This document shows positions 10,061 through 19,469 of a stretch of DNA of 27,354 nucleotides, in pieces. The notes under the pieces were generated by a model. It was given only the letters and a program-made list of their open reading frames with translations. It was not told the origin of the DNA and made no database searches. The translations under genes and the position numbers were made by a program. Source of the stretch: Deltaproteobacteria bacterium (GTDB taxonomy: Bacteria > Desulfobacterota > Binatia > UBA12015); contig JAYGCM010000050.1 of assembly GCA_046583355.1 (NCBI GenBank), positions 1 to 27,354 on the forward strand, read 5' to 3'. Every line of letters begins with the position of its first letter. Position 1 is the stretch's first letter.

Positions 10061-11557
10061 ATGGTTGCGATGGGGACAAAGGGCGACATGCCTGTTGCGG
10101 AGTCGGTACGGGTGGAGCGTTCGCTGGCCGAGTTGCCCGGACCGGCCGGGCTGCCCTTGCTCGGCAATGCCCACCAACTCGATGTTGCGCGTCTGCACCA
10201 GGTTTTCGAGGCCTGGGCGGCTGAGTTTGGCCCGCTCTACCGCTATTCGCTTGCCGGCACGCCCTTTCTTGTCGTCTCCGACCCGGCCTTGGTGAACGAG
10301 GTTCTGCGCCGGCGCCCGGATGAATATCGCAAGATTTCGAGCTTTGAGACAATCTTCGCCGAACTCGGCCTCGACGGCGTCTTCGTCGCCGAGGGCGATG
10401 CCTGGCGCTCGCAGCGACGGCTGGTGATGCAGGCGCTGGAGTCGCGTCATGTGGAGAATTTCTTCCCGCTCCTGCGCCAGGTCATAGGCGGGCTCGAGCG
10501 TCGCTGGCAGGATGCCGCCCGCACGGGGCGTGAAGTGGACCTGGTAGACGAGTTCACCCGCTTCACGGTGGATGTGACCACGCGTCTCGCTTTGGCGACC
10601 GAGACCAATACGATTGATGGAGAGCAGGGCGAGTTGCTGGGCAGCCTGGCGCCGATTTTCCCGGCCCTGGCGCGGCGCCTGAATGCCGCATTCCCTTGGT
10701 GGCGCTATCTCCGACTGCCGGCCGACCGCGAAGTCGATCGCGCGCGCGTTCATCTGGAAGGCTGGCTGGGCGAGGTCATCGAGGAGACGCGCGCACTGCT
10801 CGCGGCAGACCCCGCGCGCGCGCAGCGTCCGGCCAATTTTCTCGAAGCGATGCTGCTGGCCCGCGACGAGAGCGGCGCGCCTTTCGCGGAGAAGGTGATC
10901 TTTGCCAACGCGCTGACGATGTTGCTCGCGGGCGAAGATACCACCGCGAATACGCTCGGCTGGGCCCTGCACCTGCTGCTCGACGAACCGGCCGAAATTG
11001 AGGTCTTACGCGCGCAATTTGACGCGGTCCTGGGTGGCGACGCGGTCGCGGGCGATCTGGCAACCCTGGAGAGACTCACGGCGATTGATGCCGTCGCCAA
11101 CGAGACGATGCGCCTCAAGCCTGTAGCGCCTTTCTTCCTGATGGAAAATTGTAAGGCAACGGTGCTGGGCGACGTGCGTCTTCCGGCCGGCACCTCGCTT
11201 TGCCTTTTGACGCGAGTGGCCGGTCTGGACCCGGCACGCGTCACCGACCCGCTGGTGTTTCGGCCTGCGCGCTGGGCCGGCGAGGGCTTGCTCTCCGAGT
11301 TGCAGCGCACGGGCGTGTTCGTACCCTTTGGTTCCGGGCCGCGGAGCTGCCCCGGCCGGAGCTTCGCGCACCTGCTGATCCGCTACGCCCTCTCGACCTT
11401 ATTGCACGGCTTCGAGGTCGAGCGTGTCGGTGCCTCAAGCGAGGTGCGAGAGCAATTCGGCTTCGTCATGACGCCCGCCGGATTGCGCGTGCGCCTGCGA
11501 ATCCGCGACCGACTCGCGGCTCACGGGCGCTCCGGCTTGCCGGCTGGTAGTTCATAG
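10061..11557 (+). CDS. Cytochrome P450
   Basis: PGPAGLPLLGN, I-helix LLAGEDTT, ExxR (ETMR), FRPARW and heme motif PFGSGPRSCPG. GGAGG precedes ATG 10061; 10088 is an alternative start. Confidence 0.95.
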   Translation: MVAMGTKGDMPVAESVRVERSLAELPGPAGLPLLGNAHQLDVARLHQVFEAWAAEFGPLYRYSLAGTPFLVVSDPALVNEVLRRRPDEYRKISSFETIFAELGLDGVFVAEGDAWRSQRRLVMQALESRHVENFFPLLRQVIGGLERRWQDAARTGREVDLVDEFTRFTVDVTTRLALATETNTIDGEQGELLGSLAPIFPALARRLNAAFPWWRYLRLPADREVDRARVHLEGWLGEVIEETRALLAADPARAQRPANFLEAMLLARDESGAPFAEKVIFANALTMLLAGEDTTANTLGWALHLLLDEPAEIEVLRAQFDAVLGGDAVAGDLATLERLTAIDAVANETMRLKPVAPFFLMENCKATVLGDVRLPAGTSLCLLTRVAGLDPARVTDPLVFRPARWAGEGLLSELQRTGVFVPFGSGPRSCPGRSFAHLLIRYALSTLLHGFEVERVGASSEVREQFGFVMTPAGLRVRLRIRDRLAAHGRSGLPAGSS

Positions 11558-11593
11558 TCGGCACGCGGACTCGCTTCGCGGTGCCTTCTCACC

Positions 11594-12793
11594 ATGGCAA
11601 AGGCAAAGAATTTCGTCGCGATCGCGACCCGCGGTGTCGAAGCGACACTCGCCGCAGAGCTGCGTTCGCTGGGCATTCAGCGCGTCCGCGAGCTGCGTGG
11701 TGCGGTCGAGTTTCAAGGCAGGTTACGCGATGGCTACCGCGCGCTGCTCTGGTCGCGCATCGCGAGCCGGATTCTTCTGCGCCTCGGCCGCGGCGAGGCA
11801 CGCGATGCGGCGGAACTCTATGACGTCGTGCGGGAGGTCGCGTGGGAAGACCATATCGCACCGCAGCGCACGATTGCGGTCGAATTTGTCGGCCGCTCGC
11901 AGGAGATCAACGACGGTCGCTTCGGCGCGATGAAGACCAAAGATGCGATTGTCGATCGCTTGCGCGACCTGCGCGGTTTTCGCCCCGATGTCGACCCGCA
12001 TGATCCAGATGTGCCCATTCATGTGCACCTCGACCACTCCACCGTGACCATCAGCCTTGATCTCGCTGGCGCGCCCCTGCATCTGCGCGGCGGCGGTGGC
12101 CGCCAGGCCGGCCCTGCGCCGCTGCGCGAGACTCTTGCAGCCGCCTTGTTGCAGATCTGCGGCTGGCCGGCGCGCGCTGCCGCCGGCGAGTCCTTCTACG
12201 ACCCCTTCTGTGGCAGCGGCACCTTGCTTCTTGAGGCTGCGGCCGTGGCACAGCGGCGTGCGCCAGCGTTGGGGCGCCGGCATTTCGGCGTGCTGGGCTG
12301 GTCCGGGCATGAGCCGGAGATCTGGAACGACCTGGTGGCCGAGGCCGAAGATGTTTTATTGCCGGCCGACGCTATCGCGGTGGACCTCGCGGGAGCCGAT
12401 TTCGACAAGCATAGTGTGCGTGCGGCACGCGCGAACCTCGCGCGCTTCGGGCTCGATGCAAAGGTTCGGGTCGAGAGGGCGGATGTGAGCATCCTGACCC
12501 CGCCGCAGGGAGTTCCGCCGGGCCTCGTGCTCGCCAATCCTCCCTACGGTGAGCGCCTCGGCGACGCCGAGGAATTGACCCCTCTATACCGGGATTTCGG
12601 CGACCGGCTGCGGCATGAGTTTCTCGGCTGGCACGCAGGGGTGTTGGTCGCGGATAAAGTTCATGCCGGTGCGCTGGGCTTGCGCCCGAGTGCGCGCCAT
12701 CCCTTCTTCAACGGCCCGATCGAATGCCGCCTGCTGGAGATCCCGATCTCGGCAACCCGCCCCGAGCGCCGTGCGCCGGGCTGGCGCACCTGA
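11594..12793 (+). CDS. rlmL: THUMP-domain class I SAM-dependent RNA methyltransferase (RlmL-like, stand-alone)
   Basis: LWSRIASRIL, KTKDAIVD, APLRETLAAA, DPFCGSGT, NPPYGERL and FNGPIEC. At 399 aa it has no RlmK C-terminal half. Confidence 0.85.
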   Translation: MAKAKNFVAIATRGVEATLAAELRSLGIQRVRELRGAVEFQGRLRDGYRALLWSRIASRILLRLGRGEARDAAELYDVVREVAWEDHIAPQRTIAVEFVGRSQEINDGRFGAMKTKDAIVDRLRDLRGFRPDVDPHDPDVPIHVHLDHSTVTISLDLAGAPLHLRGGGGRQAGPAPLRETLAAALLQICGWPARAAAGESFYDPFCGSGTLLLEAAAVAQRRAPALGRRHFGVLGWSGHEPEIWNDLVAEAEDVLLPADAIAVDLAGADFDKHSVRAARANLARFGLDAKVRVERADVSILTPPQGVPPGLVLANPPYGERLGDAEELTPLYRDFGDRLRHEFLGWHAGVLVADKVHAGALGLRPSARHPFFNGPIECRLLEIPISATRPERRAPGWRT

Positions 12794-12828
12794 TCTTCTC
12801 GCGGTCGGTCCTCTAGCGCTTCGCTGGG

Positions 12829-13485
12829 CTACGCCAGCGCGAGCTGAGGCGCGGACCTCGGACGCATGACGAACATGCGCTCGATCTGCGTGACGACCTC
12901 GGCAATGATCTGCTCGGGCGCCTTGGCCTCGTCGCTGCGCACCCAACCGGCGAGTAGAATCTGCTGGCTGGCGAGCAGCAATCGCGCGGCCACCTCGGGG
13001 TCGCCGTCGTGGAAGGTGCCTTGGTCCATGCCTTCGCGGAAGATCTTGGCGAGCTCCGGTACGCCCAAGGAGATGCGGCCTTCGAGGTCCCCCTCGGCGT
13101 CGTCGATTTCGACCGCCCAGTTCTGGCCCTGGCGCAGGTGCATGCGCAGGTAGGAAGAGTGCGACATGAGGAACTCGAGATAGCAGCGCACGACGCTATG
13201 CAGCCGGGGCAGGGGCGCCAAGCCATCTTCGATGATGACGGACGCGAAGAGTTGGCCGATGCGGGTCTCTTCAATCTGCCGGTAGAGCTCGCTTTTGCCG
13301 CGGTAGGTGGCGTAGAGCGTGCGCAACGAGATGCCCGCCTCGGCAGCGATATCTTCCATTCGGCTGGCGCGGAAGCCGGTGCGGGCAAAGACGCGCTCGG
13401 CGGAGTCGAAGACCAACTCGCGGTACATGCGCACCCGTGCCTCGGCGAGGTCGGGTTTCCGGATTCGGCGGGAGGCAGCGCGCAT
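12829..13485 (-). CDS. TetR/AcrR family transcriptional regulator
   Basis: HTH FARTGFRASRMEDIAAEAGISLRTLY; divergent from the acyl-CoA dehydrogenase operon. The start was chosen by comparison with the paralog at 7953. Confidence 0.92.
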   Translation of the reverse strand: MRAASRRIRKPDLAEARVRMYRELVFDSAERVFARTGFRASRMEDIAAEAGISLRTLYATYRGKSELYRQIEETRIGQLFASVIIEDGLAPLPRLHSVVRCYLEFLMSHSSYLRMHLRQGQNWAVEIDDAEGDLEGRISLGVPELAKIFREGMDQGTFHDGDPEVAARLLLASQQILLAGWVRSDEAKAPEQIIAEVVTQIERMFVMRPRSAPQLALA

Positions 13486-13583
13486 GATGCAAAGCTGGGT
13501 AACGATTGGCAGGCCGGAAGCGCAATCCCTGCATCTGCGCGGCGGAAATTGCATTCGGGCTTGAGGATCGTTTCACTGGACGC

Positions 13584-14762
13584 ATGTACATTGGCTACAC
13601 GAAGGAGCAGGAAGCCCTGCGCCAGGAACTCCGCGACTATTATGCCGAACTTCTGACGCCCGAGGTGGTGATCGGGCTTCATAAGGGGCAGGGCACGGGG
13701 CCGGTGATGCGCTCGATCGTCAAGCAGATGGGTGCGGACGGCTGGTTGGGTGTCGGCTGGCCGAAGGAATTCGGTGGCCGCGGCATGACGCCGATCGAGC
13801 AATTCATCTTCTTTGATGAGTCGATGCGCTCAGGTGCGCCGGTGCCGATGCTGACGATCAACTCGGTGGCGCCCTCGATCATGAAATTCGGCACCGACGA
13901 GCAGAAGGCATTCTTCCTGCCGCCGATTCTGCGCGGCGAGATTCATTTCTGCATCGGTTATACCGAGCCCTCGGCGGGTACCGATTTGGCCTCGCTCAAG
14001 ACCCGCGCCGAGCGCGATGGCGATGAGTACGTGATCAACGGACAAAAGGTCTTCACCAGCCTTGCGAGTGACGCCGATTATATCTGGCTCGCCGCACGCT
14101 CGGAGCCCGACGCGCCCAAGCATAAGGGCCTCTCGATGTTCGCCATCGACATGAAAACGCCGGGCATCTCTGTCGACCCGATGACGCTATTGGCCTCGCA
14201 CGATGTCAATACCACGTTCTTCGAGGACGTTCGGGTGCCAGCCTCGGCCATGGTCGGCAAACCCGGCGGCGGTTGGTCCGCTATTGTCAACCAATTGAAC
14301 CATGAGCGGGTGACGCTTTGTTCGGTCGGCATGCTGGCCGGGGCCTATGATGCCTGCCTGAAATGGGCGAAGGAGACCTCGCTGCCGGCCGGTGGCCGCG
14401 TGGTCGACCAGGAATGGGTGCAGATCAATTTTGCGAAGGTGCATGCCTGGCTGGAGTTCTTGAAACTCATCAATTGGAAGGTGGCGTGGGCCTCGACTCA
14501 TGGCGCTCTCGATGTTGCCGATGCCTCCAGCATCAAGGTCTTCGGCACCGAAAAATACCTCGACGCGATCCGCTTGCTCATGGAGATCTTCGGGCCACGC
14601 GGTTATTTGACGGCCGATTCGGCCGCCGCTGCTGCCGATGGTCGCCTGGAGAACCTCTATCGCTCGCTTCTCATTCTCACTTTCGGCGGTGGCACCAACG
14701 AGGTGCAGCGCGACCTTATCGGCCTCTTCGGCCTCGGCCTGCCGCGGATTCCGCGTCATTAG
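13584..14762 (+). CDS. Acyl-CoA dehydrogenase, FadE26/ChsE4-like catalytic subunit
   Basis: N-terminus MYIGYTKEQEALRQELRDY, GYTEPSAGTDLASL, INGQK, NQLNHER (catalytic Glu) and C-terminal LILTFGGGTNEVQRD, all typical of mycobacterial FadE26. Confidence 0.93.
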   Translation: MYIGYTKEQEALRQELRDYYAELLTPEVVIGLHKGQGTGPVMRSIVKQMGADGWLGVGWPKEFGGRGMTPIEQFIFFDESMRSGAPVPMLTINSVAPSIMKFGTDEQKAFFLPPILRGEIHFCIGYTEPSAGTDLASLKTRAERDGDEYVINGQKVFTSLASDADYIWLAARSEPDAPKHKGLSMFAIDMKTPGISVDPMTLLASHDVNTTFFEDVRVPASAMVGKPGGGWSAIVNQLNHERVTLCSVGMLAGAYDACLKWAKETSLPAGGRVVDQEWVQINFAKVHAWLEFLKLINWKVAWASTHGALDVADASSIKVFGTEKYLDAIRLLMEIFGPRGYLTADSAAAAADGRLENLYRSLLILTFGGGTNEVQRDLIGLFGLGLPRIPRH

Positions 14763-14771
14763 GAAGGCAGC

Positions 14772-15884
14772 ATGGATTTTTCATTCAACGATGACCAGCA
14801 GGCCCTGATCGGCCTGGCCGACCAGATTCTCACAGAAAAAGCGACCCACGAAAGCCTGCGCGCGATCGAGCGGGCCGGCACGATCCGCTTTGATGCCGAA
14901 CTCTGGCGTGCGCTCGGCGAGGCCGGGCTTATCGGCGTTGCCGTGCCCGAGGAGTTCGGCGGCTCCGGCATGGGCTTTCTGGAGGTAGCGGCGATTGTCG
15001 AGAAGATCGGCAAGACCGTAGCTCCCGTGCCTTATTTGGAGACGATGGTCTTCGGCGTGCTGCCGATTGCCGCGCACGGCACGGCCGAGCAGAAGCAGGC
15101 GCTTTTGCCGAAGCTCGCCACCGGCGAGTTGATCGCGACCGCAGCCTTGCTCGAAGAGTTGCGCGAGCCGACCGAGCCGGGCCTGGTGGCGCGCGCCGAT
15201 GGCAGCGATTTCGTGCTCGACGGAATCAAGATCTGCGTGCGGGCGGGGCAGATCGCCGACAAATTACTCGTGCCGGCAAAGACGGCTGGCGGCGTGACCG
15301 TCTTTTTGGTGGATCGCGCGGCTGAGGGCATCGCGGTGCAGGAGTTGGAGACCACGACGCGGCAGCCCGAGGCCGACCTCACCTTCTCGGGTGTGCGGGT
15401 CGCGGCGAGTGACGTGCTCGGCACGGTCGATGGCGGCGTCGCCATCGTCGAGGAGTTGGTCCTTCTCGGCAATGCTGCGCTTTGCGCCTATGCCGTGGGG
15501 ATCTGCGAAGAGGCGCTCGCGATGACGGCCGAGTACACCAAGACGCGCAAGCAATTCGATCAACCGATCGCCATGTTCCAGGCGGTCGGCCACCGTGTTG
15601 CCGATGCCTATATCGATACCGAGGCCGTGCGCCTGACGGCGCGCCAGGCGGCATGGCGCATTGGCGCCGGTCTGCCCTCCGAGGAGGCCGTGGCGATCGC
15701 GAAATATTATGCCAGCGCCGGTGGCGACCGGATCGTACACGCCGCACAGCATCTGCATGGCGGCGTGGGCGTGGACCGCGACTACCCCCTGCATCGCTTC
15801 TTCCTGGCCGCGCGCCATCTGCAGATGACCTTCGGCGGTGAGACTCGTCAATTGCAGAACCTCGGGCGGCTTCTGGCTAAGTGA
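14772..15884 (+). CDS. Acyl-CoA dehydrogenase, FadE27/ChsE5-like partner subunit
   Basis: MDFSF start, RKQFDQPIAMFQAV and HLHGGVGVDRDYPLHRFF. It lacks the NGQK and NxER motifs. AGGAAGG RBS. Confidence 0.92.
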   Translation: MDFSFNDDQQALIGLADQILTEKATHESLRAIERAGTIRFDAELWRALGEAGLIGVAVPEEFGGSGMGFLEVAAIVEKIGKTVAPVPYLETMVFGVLPIAAHGTAEQKQALLPKLATGELIATAALLEELREPTEPGLVARADGSDFVLDGIKICVRAGQIADKLLVPAKTAGGVTVFLVDRAAEGIAVQELETTTRQPEADLTFSGVRVAASDVLGTVDGGVAIVEELVLLGNAALCAYAVGICEEALAMTAEYTKTRKQFDQPIAMFQAVGHRVADAYIDTEAVRLTARQAAWRIGAGLPSEEAVAIAKYYASAGGDRIVHAAQHLHGGVGVDRDYPLHRFFLAARHLQMTFGGETRQLQNLGRLLAK

Positions 15885-17425
15885 AGGCCATGCCTGAGGC
15901 GCCGCCGATCTGGCAGCTCGCCGGAGCCGCGAAGGCGGCGCCGGCACTCGTCGACCCCTCGGGGGTTCGCAGCTGGGAAGAGCTGGAGGCGCGCACCAAC
16001 CAGCTCGGCCACGGCCTGGCGTCGCTCGGTCTTCCGGTCGGCAGCCATATCGTTCTCTCGATCACCAACCGCAGCGAGTTCATCGAGGCGCTGCTCGGCT
16101 GCTTGCGCGCCGGCATGGTGGTCACGCCGGTGAAAACGGGCTGGCGCGAAGACGAGCTCGGCTACGTGCTGGACGATGCTGGCACCCGCCTGGTCATCAC
16201 CGATGTCGAGACGGCACGCGTGACGGCCGCCGGGCGCGGCGTCATGCTGCTTGACGTGGATACGGGCTTGGGCGACGGCTTCGAGACCTGGCTGGCGGGG
16301 CAGGACGAAGCCCCGCTGCCGCGCGATCGTGCCGGCATGCGGATGTCGTATACCTCGGGCACTACCGGGAGGCCCAAAGGAGTGCTGCGCACCCAGGATG
16401 TCGCCAAGCCCTTCTGCGAGGCGTTCGCGACCAGTTCGATGTTTGCCAGGATTCTTCAGGTGCCGAGTTACGGCCCGCACCTGAACGCGTCGGCGCTCTT
16501 CCACGGCGCGCCGCTCGCCTTCTCGCTCTCGCTTCTGGCCTGCGGCGCGCCGATGCATATTCTCGGCCGCTGGGATGCCGAGGCCGCGCTGGTCGCGTTG
16601 GCCGAGGGCATTCATTCGACCTGCCTCGTGCCGACTATGTTCCGCCAGATCCTGGCGTTACCCGAAGAGCTGCGCGCCGGCTTCCGCGCCCCCGATCTCA
16701 ATTGTGTGATGCACGGCGGCGAGCCTTGTCCGCAGCCGCTGAAACGACGGATGATCGAATGGTGGGGTGAGATCTTCACGGAATATTACGGCATGACCGA
16801 AGGCGGAATGACGGTGGCGACCTCAGCCGAATGGCAGGCGCGGCCCGGCACGGTCGGGCGCGCGACCCGCGGCATGACCCTTGAGGTGCGCGGCGAGGCC
16901 GGCGAGCTGCTCGGGCCGGACGAGGAGGGCGTGATCTATTTCCGCAATCCGGCGGGGCGGACCTTTGAGTACAAAGGCGAGCCCGAGAAGACCGCGGCGG
17001 CCTACGCCGACGAGGGTGCCTTCACGGTCGGCGATATCGGCTTCCTCGATGCCGAGGGCTATCTCTTCATCTCCGGGCGCAAGGCCGACCTGATCGTCTC
17101 CTCGGGCGTGAATATCTATCCGGCCGAGATCGAGGACGTGCTCTTTGCGCTGCCCGAGGTGGCCGACGCCTGCGTGACGAGTGAACCCGAGGAGATGCGC
17201 GGCGAGGCCGTGCTGGCGGTGCTGGTTCTCAGCGCGGCAGCGCAGAAGGACGAGGCCGCGGCGCTCGCGCGGATCGAGGCCGCCTGCAAGACGCAGCTCG
17301 CGGGCTACAAGCAGCCGCGCCGCTTCCTGGTGCGCGACGAAGTCCCGCGCGACGGTACCGGCAAGCTACTGCGCCAACAGCTTCGTGCAGAGATCTGGGG
17401 CGACCGTTCGCCCTTTGCACGCTGA
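15881..17425 (+). CDS. Acyl-CoA synthetase (AMP-binding, FadD-like)
   Basis: YTSGTTGRPKG P-loop, EYYGMTEG, TVGDIG, SGVNIYPAEIE and PRDGTGKL. The GTG start overlaps the upstream TGA; ATG 15890 is an alternative. Confidence 0.94.
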   Translation: MKAMPEAPPIWQLAGAAKAAPALVDPSGVRSWEELEARTNQLGHGLASLGLPVGSHIVLSITNRSEFIEALLGCLRAGMVVTPVKTGWREDELGYVLDDAGTRLVITDVETARVTAAGRGVMLLDVDTGLGDGFETWLAGQDEAPLPRDRAGMRMSYTSGTTGRPKGVLRTQDVAKPFCEAFATSSMFARILQVPSYGPHLNASALFHGAPLAFSLSLLACGAPMHILGRWDAEAALVALAEGIHSTCLVPTMFRQILALPEELRAGFRAPDLNCVMHGGEPCPQPLKRRMIEWWGEIFTEYYGMTEGGMTVATSAEWQARPGTVGRATRGMTLEVRGEAGELLGPDEEGVIYFRNPAGRTFEYKGEPEKTAAAYADEGAFTVGDIGFLDAEGYLFISGRKADLIVSSGVNIYPAEIEDVLFALPEVADACVTSEPEEMRGEAVLAVLVLSAAAQKDEAAALARIEAACKTQLAGYKQPRRFLVRDEVPRDGTGKLLRQQLRAEIWGDRSPFAR

Positions 17426-17522
17426 AGCCAGAACGGGGCTTTGGGGGCGTCCTGGGTTGCAAGCCGGGCCCGCTCGCGCGACAGAGCTTGAGCTGGGGTG
17501 GGGCATCTGGTGGGCTGTGTCC

Positions 17523-18170
17523 ATGAAACGCGTTCTCCTCGTCGTCGCGATCGCCGCTATGGTCTGGCTGTGGTGGAGCGGTATCTTTGCCGAAATGGGC
17601 AATACCGAAGAGATCCGCGATCTGGTCCAGGATGCCGGCGCTGCTGGTCCGGTGCTTTTTATGGCGCTGATCGTCGTGCTTTTCCCTGTGTTTCTCGCCG
17701 GTGTTCCGATCTGGATCTCCGCTTCGCTCTTCCCTGTCGTGGAGGCGAGTATCTACTCGTGGATCGGCGGCGGTGTGGCCGGGGTCGTGGTCTTCCTCTT
17801 CGCCCGCCATTGGGCGCGGGATTGGGCGCAGAGCCGTATCCCCGAACGTGTGCGGCGTTGGGAAGAGCGGCTGGAGCAGCGCCCGCTTCTGACTGTGATT
17901 GCCCTGCGCGCCTTTCTCTGGATCAACCCTGCGGCTGATATGTTCCTCAGCCTCTCGCGTGTGTCGACGCGCGATTATGTTCTCGGGACAGCGATCGGCA
18001 TCGTTCCAGCGACCCTTTTTCACGTCATCCTCGGCTTGCAGGGAATGGAGTATATAGATCACGTGCCAAATTGGTTCTGGATCGGACTGGTCGCGACGAT
18101 CGCGGCTGTTTTTACCATCCGCGCCCTGCGGCGGCGCGCGGCTCCGCCCAGCAGCCCGCCGGAATCCTGA
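17523..18170 (+). CDS. TVP38/TMEM64 (DedA/VTT domain) membrane protein
   Basis: Hydrophobic 215-aa protein with AGAAGPVLF, FLFARHWARDW, VIALR and RDYVLGTAIGIVP, matching the VTT/SNARE-associated pattern. Confidence 0.8.
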   Translation: MKRVLLVVAIAAMVWLWWSGIFAEMGNTEEIRDLVQDAGAAGPVLFMALIVVLFPVFLAGVPIWISASLFPVVEASIYSWIGGGVAGVVVFLFARHWARDWAQSRIPERVRRWEERLEQRPLLTVIALRAFLWINPAADMFLSLSRVSTRDYVLGTAIGIVPATLFHVILGLQGMEYIDHVPNWFWIGLVATIAAVFTIRALRRRAAPPSSPPES

Positions 18171-18301
18171 AGGCCGCGGCGCCGGAGCCCTCGGGGGCTT
18201 GAGGCAGCAGGCCGGGCGACGCGTACGAAGGCACGGAGCTGCCTGGCGGCATAAGGCATCCCGGCTTGCAGTTTACGGGTTCGCACGGCACCTCAATTGG
18301 T

Positions 18302-19399
18302 ATGACCATTGTCTTCTTGCTGGTTCTCGTCGGCCTCGCTTTCTGGGGCTTCACCCACCTGGTGCTGAAAGGGGCTGACCTTTCGGCTTTTGACTCGCCG
18401 CGGCCGGAGATGCACGGCGGGCGTAGCGAGGCCAGTCCCGAACACGCTGCGGTAGTGGCGCGGGTCCAGAAGATGCAGGCAGGTGCCGGCGCACGGGAGT
18501 CGAGCAGCGCACGCGTCGTGCGGGTGCGCCGCAACCTGGAGGAGGCCTTCGGCGACCGTGCGGTGGATGCCGAGGTCCGTAATGTGGATGCCGGTGGCGT
18601 GCCTGCGCAGTGGGTGCTTGCGCCGGGCGCCGATCCGGACCGTCGCATTCTCTATCTGCATGGCGGCGGCTTCATTGCGGGTAGTCCCAAGAGCCACCGC
18701 CCCCTGACCGCACGGCTCTCGGCCGACAATGCCGCCGCGGTTCTCTCGGTTGACTACCGGCTCATGCCCGAGAACGCGCGCGCCGATTGTCCCGACGATT
18801 GCTGCCGCGCGTATGAATGGATTCTCGAGAACGGCCCCGACGGGTCGGGCGCACCAGACGCGCTCTTCGTCGGCGGAGACTCGGCCGGCGGCAATCTCGC
18901 GCTGGTGGTTGTCGCGTGGGCGCGCGACCTCGGCCACCGCGCCGCAGATGCTGTGATTGCCTTCTCACCGCTCACGGATTCGAGCTACGCGAGCCCCAGC
19001 CTGCGCACGAATATCGCGACCGACCCGATGCTTGGCCCGCTCTTCAAGCAATTCGGCCGCGTCCCCCATTGGCTGATGCTCTGGGGCAGCTTCTTCACGA
19101 TGAAGGGGCGTCCTGCCGATCCGCGCTTCTCGCCCGTCTACGGCGACCTCGCAGGTCTGCCGCCGGTGCTGGTTCAGGCTAGCGCATCCGAGGTGCTCAC
19201 CGACGACGCGCGGCGCTGGGTCAACAAGGCGCGCAGCGCCGGAACCGAGGCAACTCTCCAACTCTGGCCCGACGTCGTCCACGTGTTCCAGGCCTTCGTC
19301 CCCGACCTGCCCGAGGCCGATGAAGCCCTCAAGGAAGTTCAGCAATTCTTCGAAAAACACGCCCCTCACCAATCCCGGATCTCCGCCAAAGCCTCCTGA
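18302..19399 (+). CDS. Alpha/beta hydrolase (HSL family esterase) with N-terminal membrane anchor
   Basis: Hydrophobic N-terminus; YLHGGGF, DYRLMPE, GGDSAGG, SEVLTDD and VVHVFQ. Confidence 0.92.
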   Translation: MTIVFLLVLVGLAFWGFTHLVLKGADLSAFDSPRPEMHGGRSEASPEHAAVVARVQKMQAGAGARESSSARVVRVRRNLEEAFGDRAVDAEVRNVDAGGVPAQWVLAPGADPDRRILYLHGGGFIAGSPKSHRPLTARLSADNAAAVLSVDYRLMPENARADCPDDCCRAYEWILENGPDGSGAPDALFVGGDSAGGNLALVVVAWARDLGHRAADAVIAFSPLTDSSYASPSLRTNIATDPMLGPLFKQFGRVPHWLMLWGSFFTMKGRPADPRFSPVYGDLAGLPPVLVQASASEVLTDDARRWVNKARSAGTEATLQLWPDVVHVFQAFVPDLPEADEALKEVQQFFEKHAPHQSRISAKAS

Positions 19400-19430
19400 C
19401 GCTCACTCGCGCTCCAGGGGGCCCGCCCCG

Positions 19431-19469
19431 AAGGGGACAGGTTTTGGTACACGTCCCCTTAAGGGGACG
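19431..19469. repeat. REP-like palindromic element (AAGGGGAC / GTCCCCTT / AAGGGGAC)
   Basis: AAGGGGAC at 19431-38, GTCCCCTT at 19453-60 and AAGGGGAC at 19461-68. Positions 19452-19469 form a perfect 18-bp palindrome. Confidence 0.6.

Noticed and set aside
12813..13802. 329-aa minus-strand ORF overlapping the TetR and ACAD genes
   Set aside because: It is an alternative frame with low-complexity Ser/Arg/Pro composition. The TetR frame explains the region.
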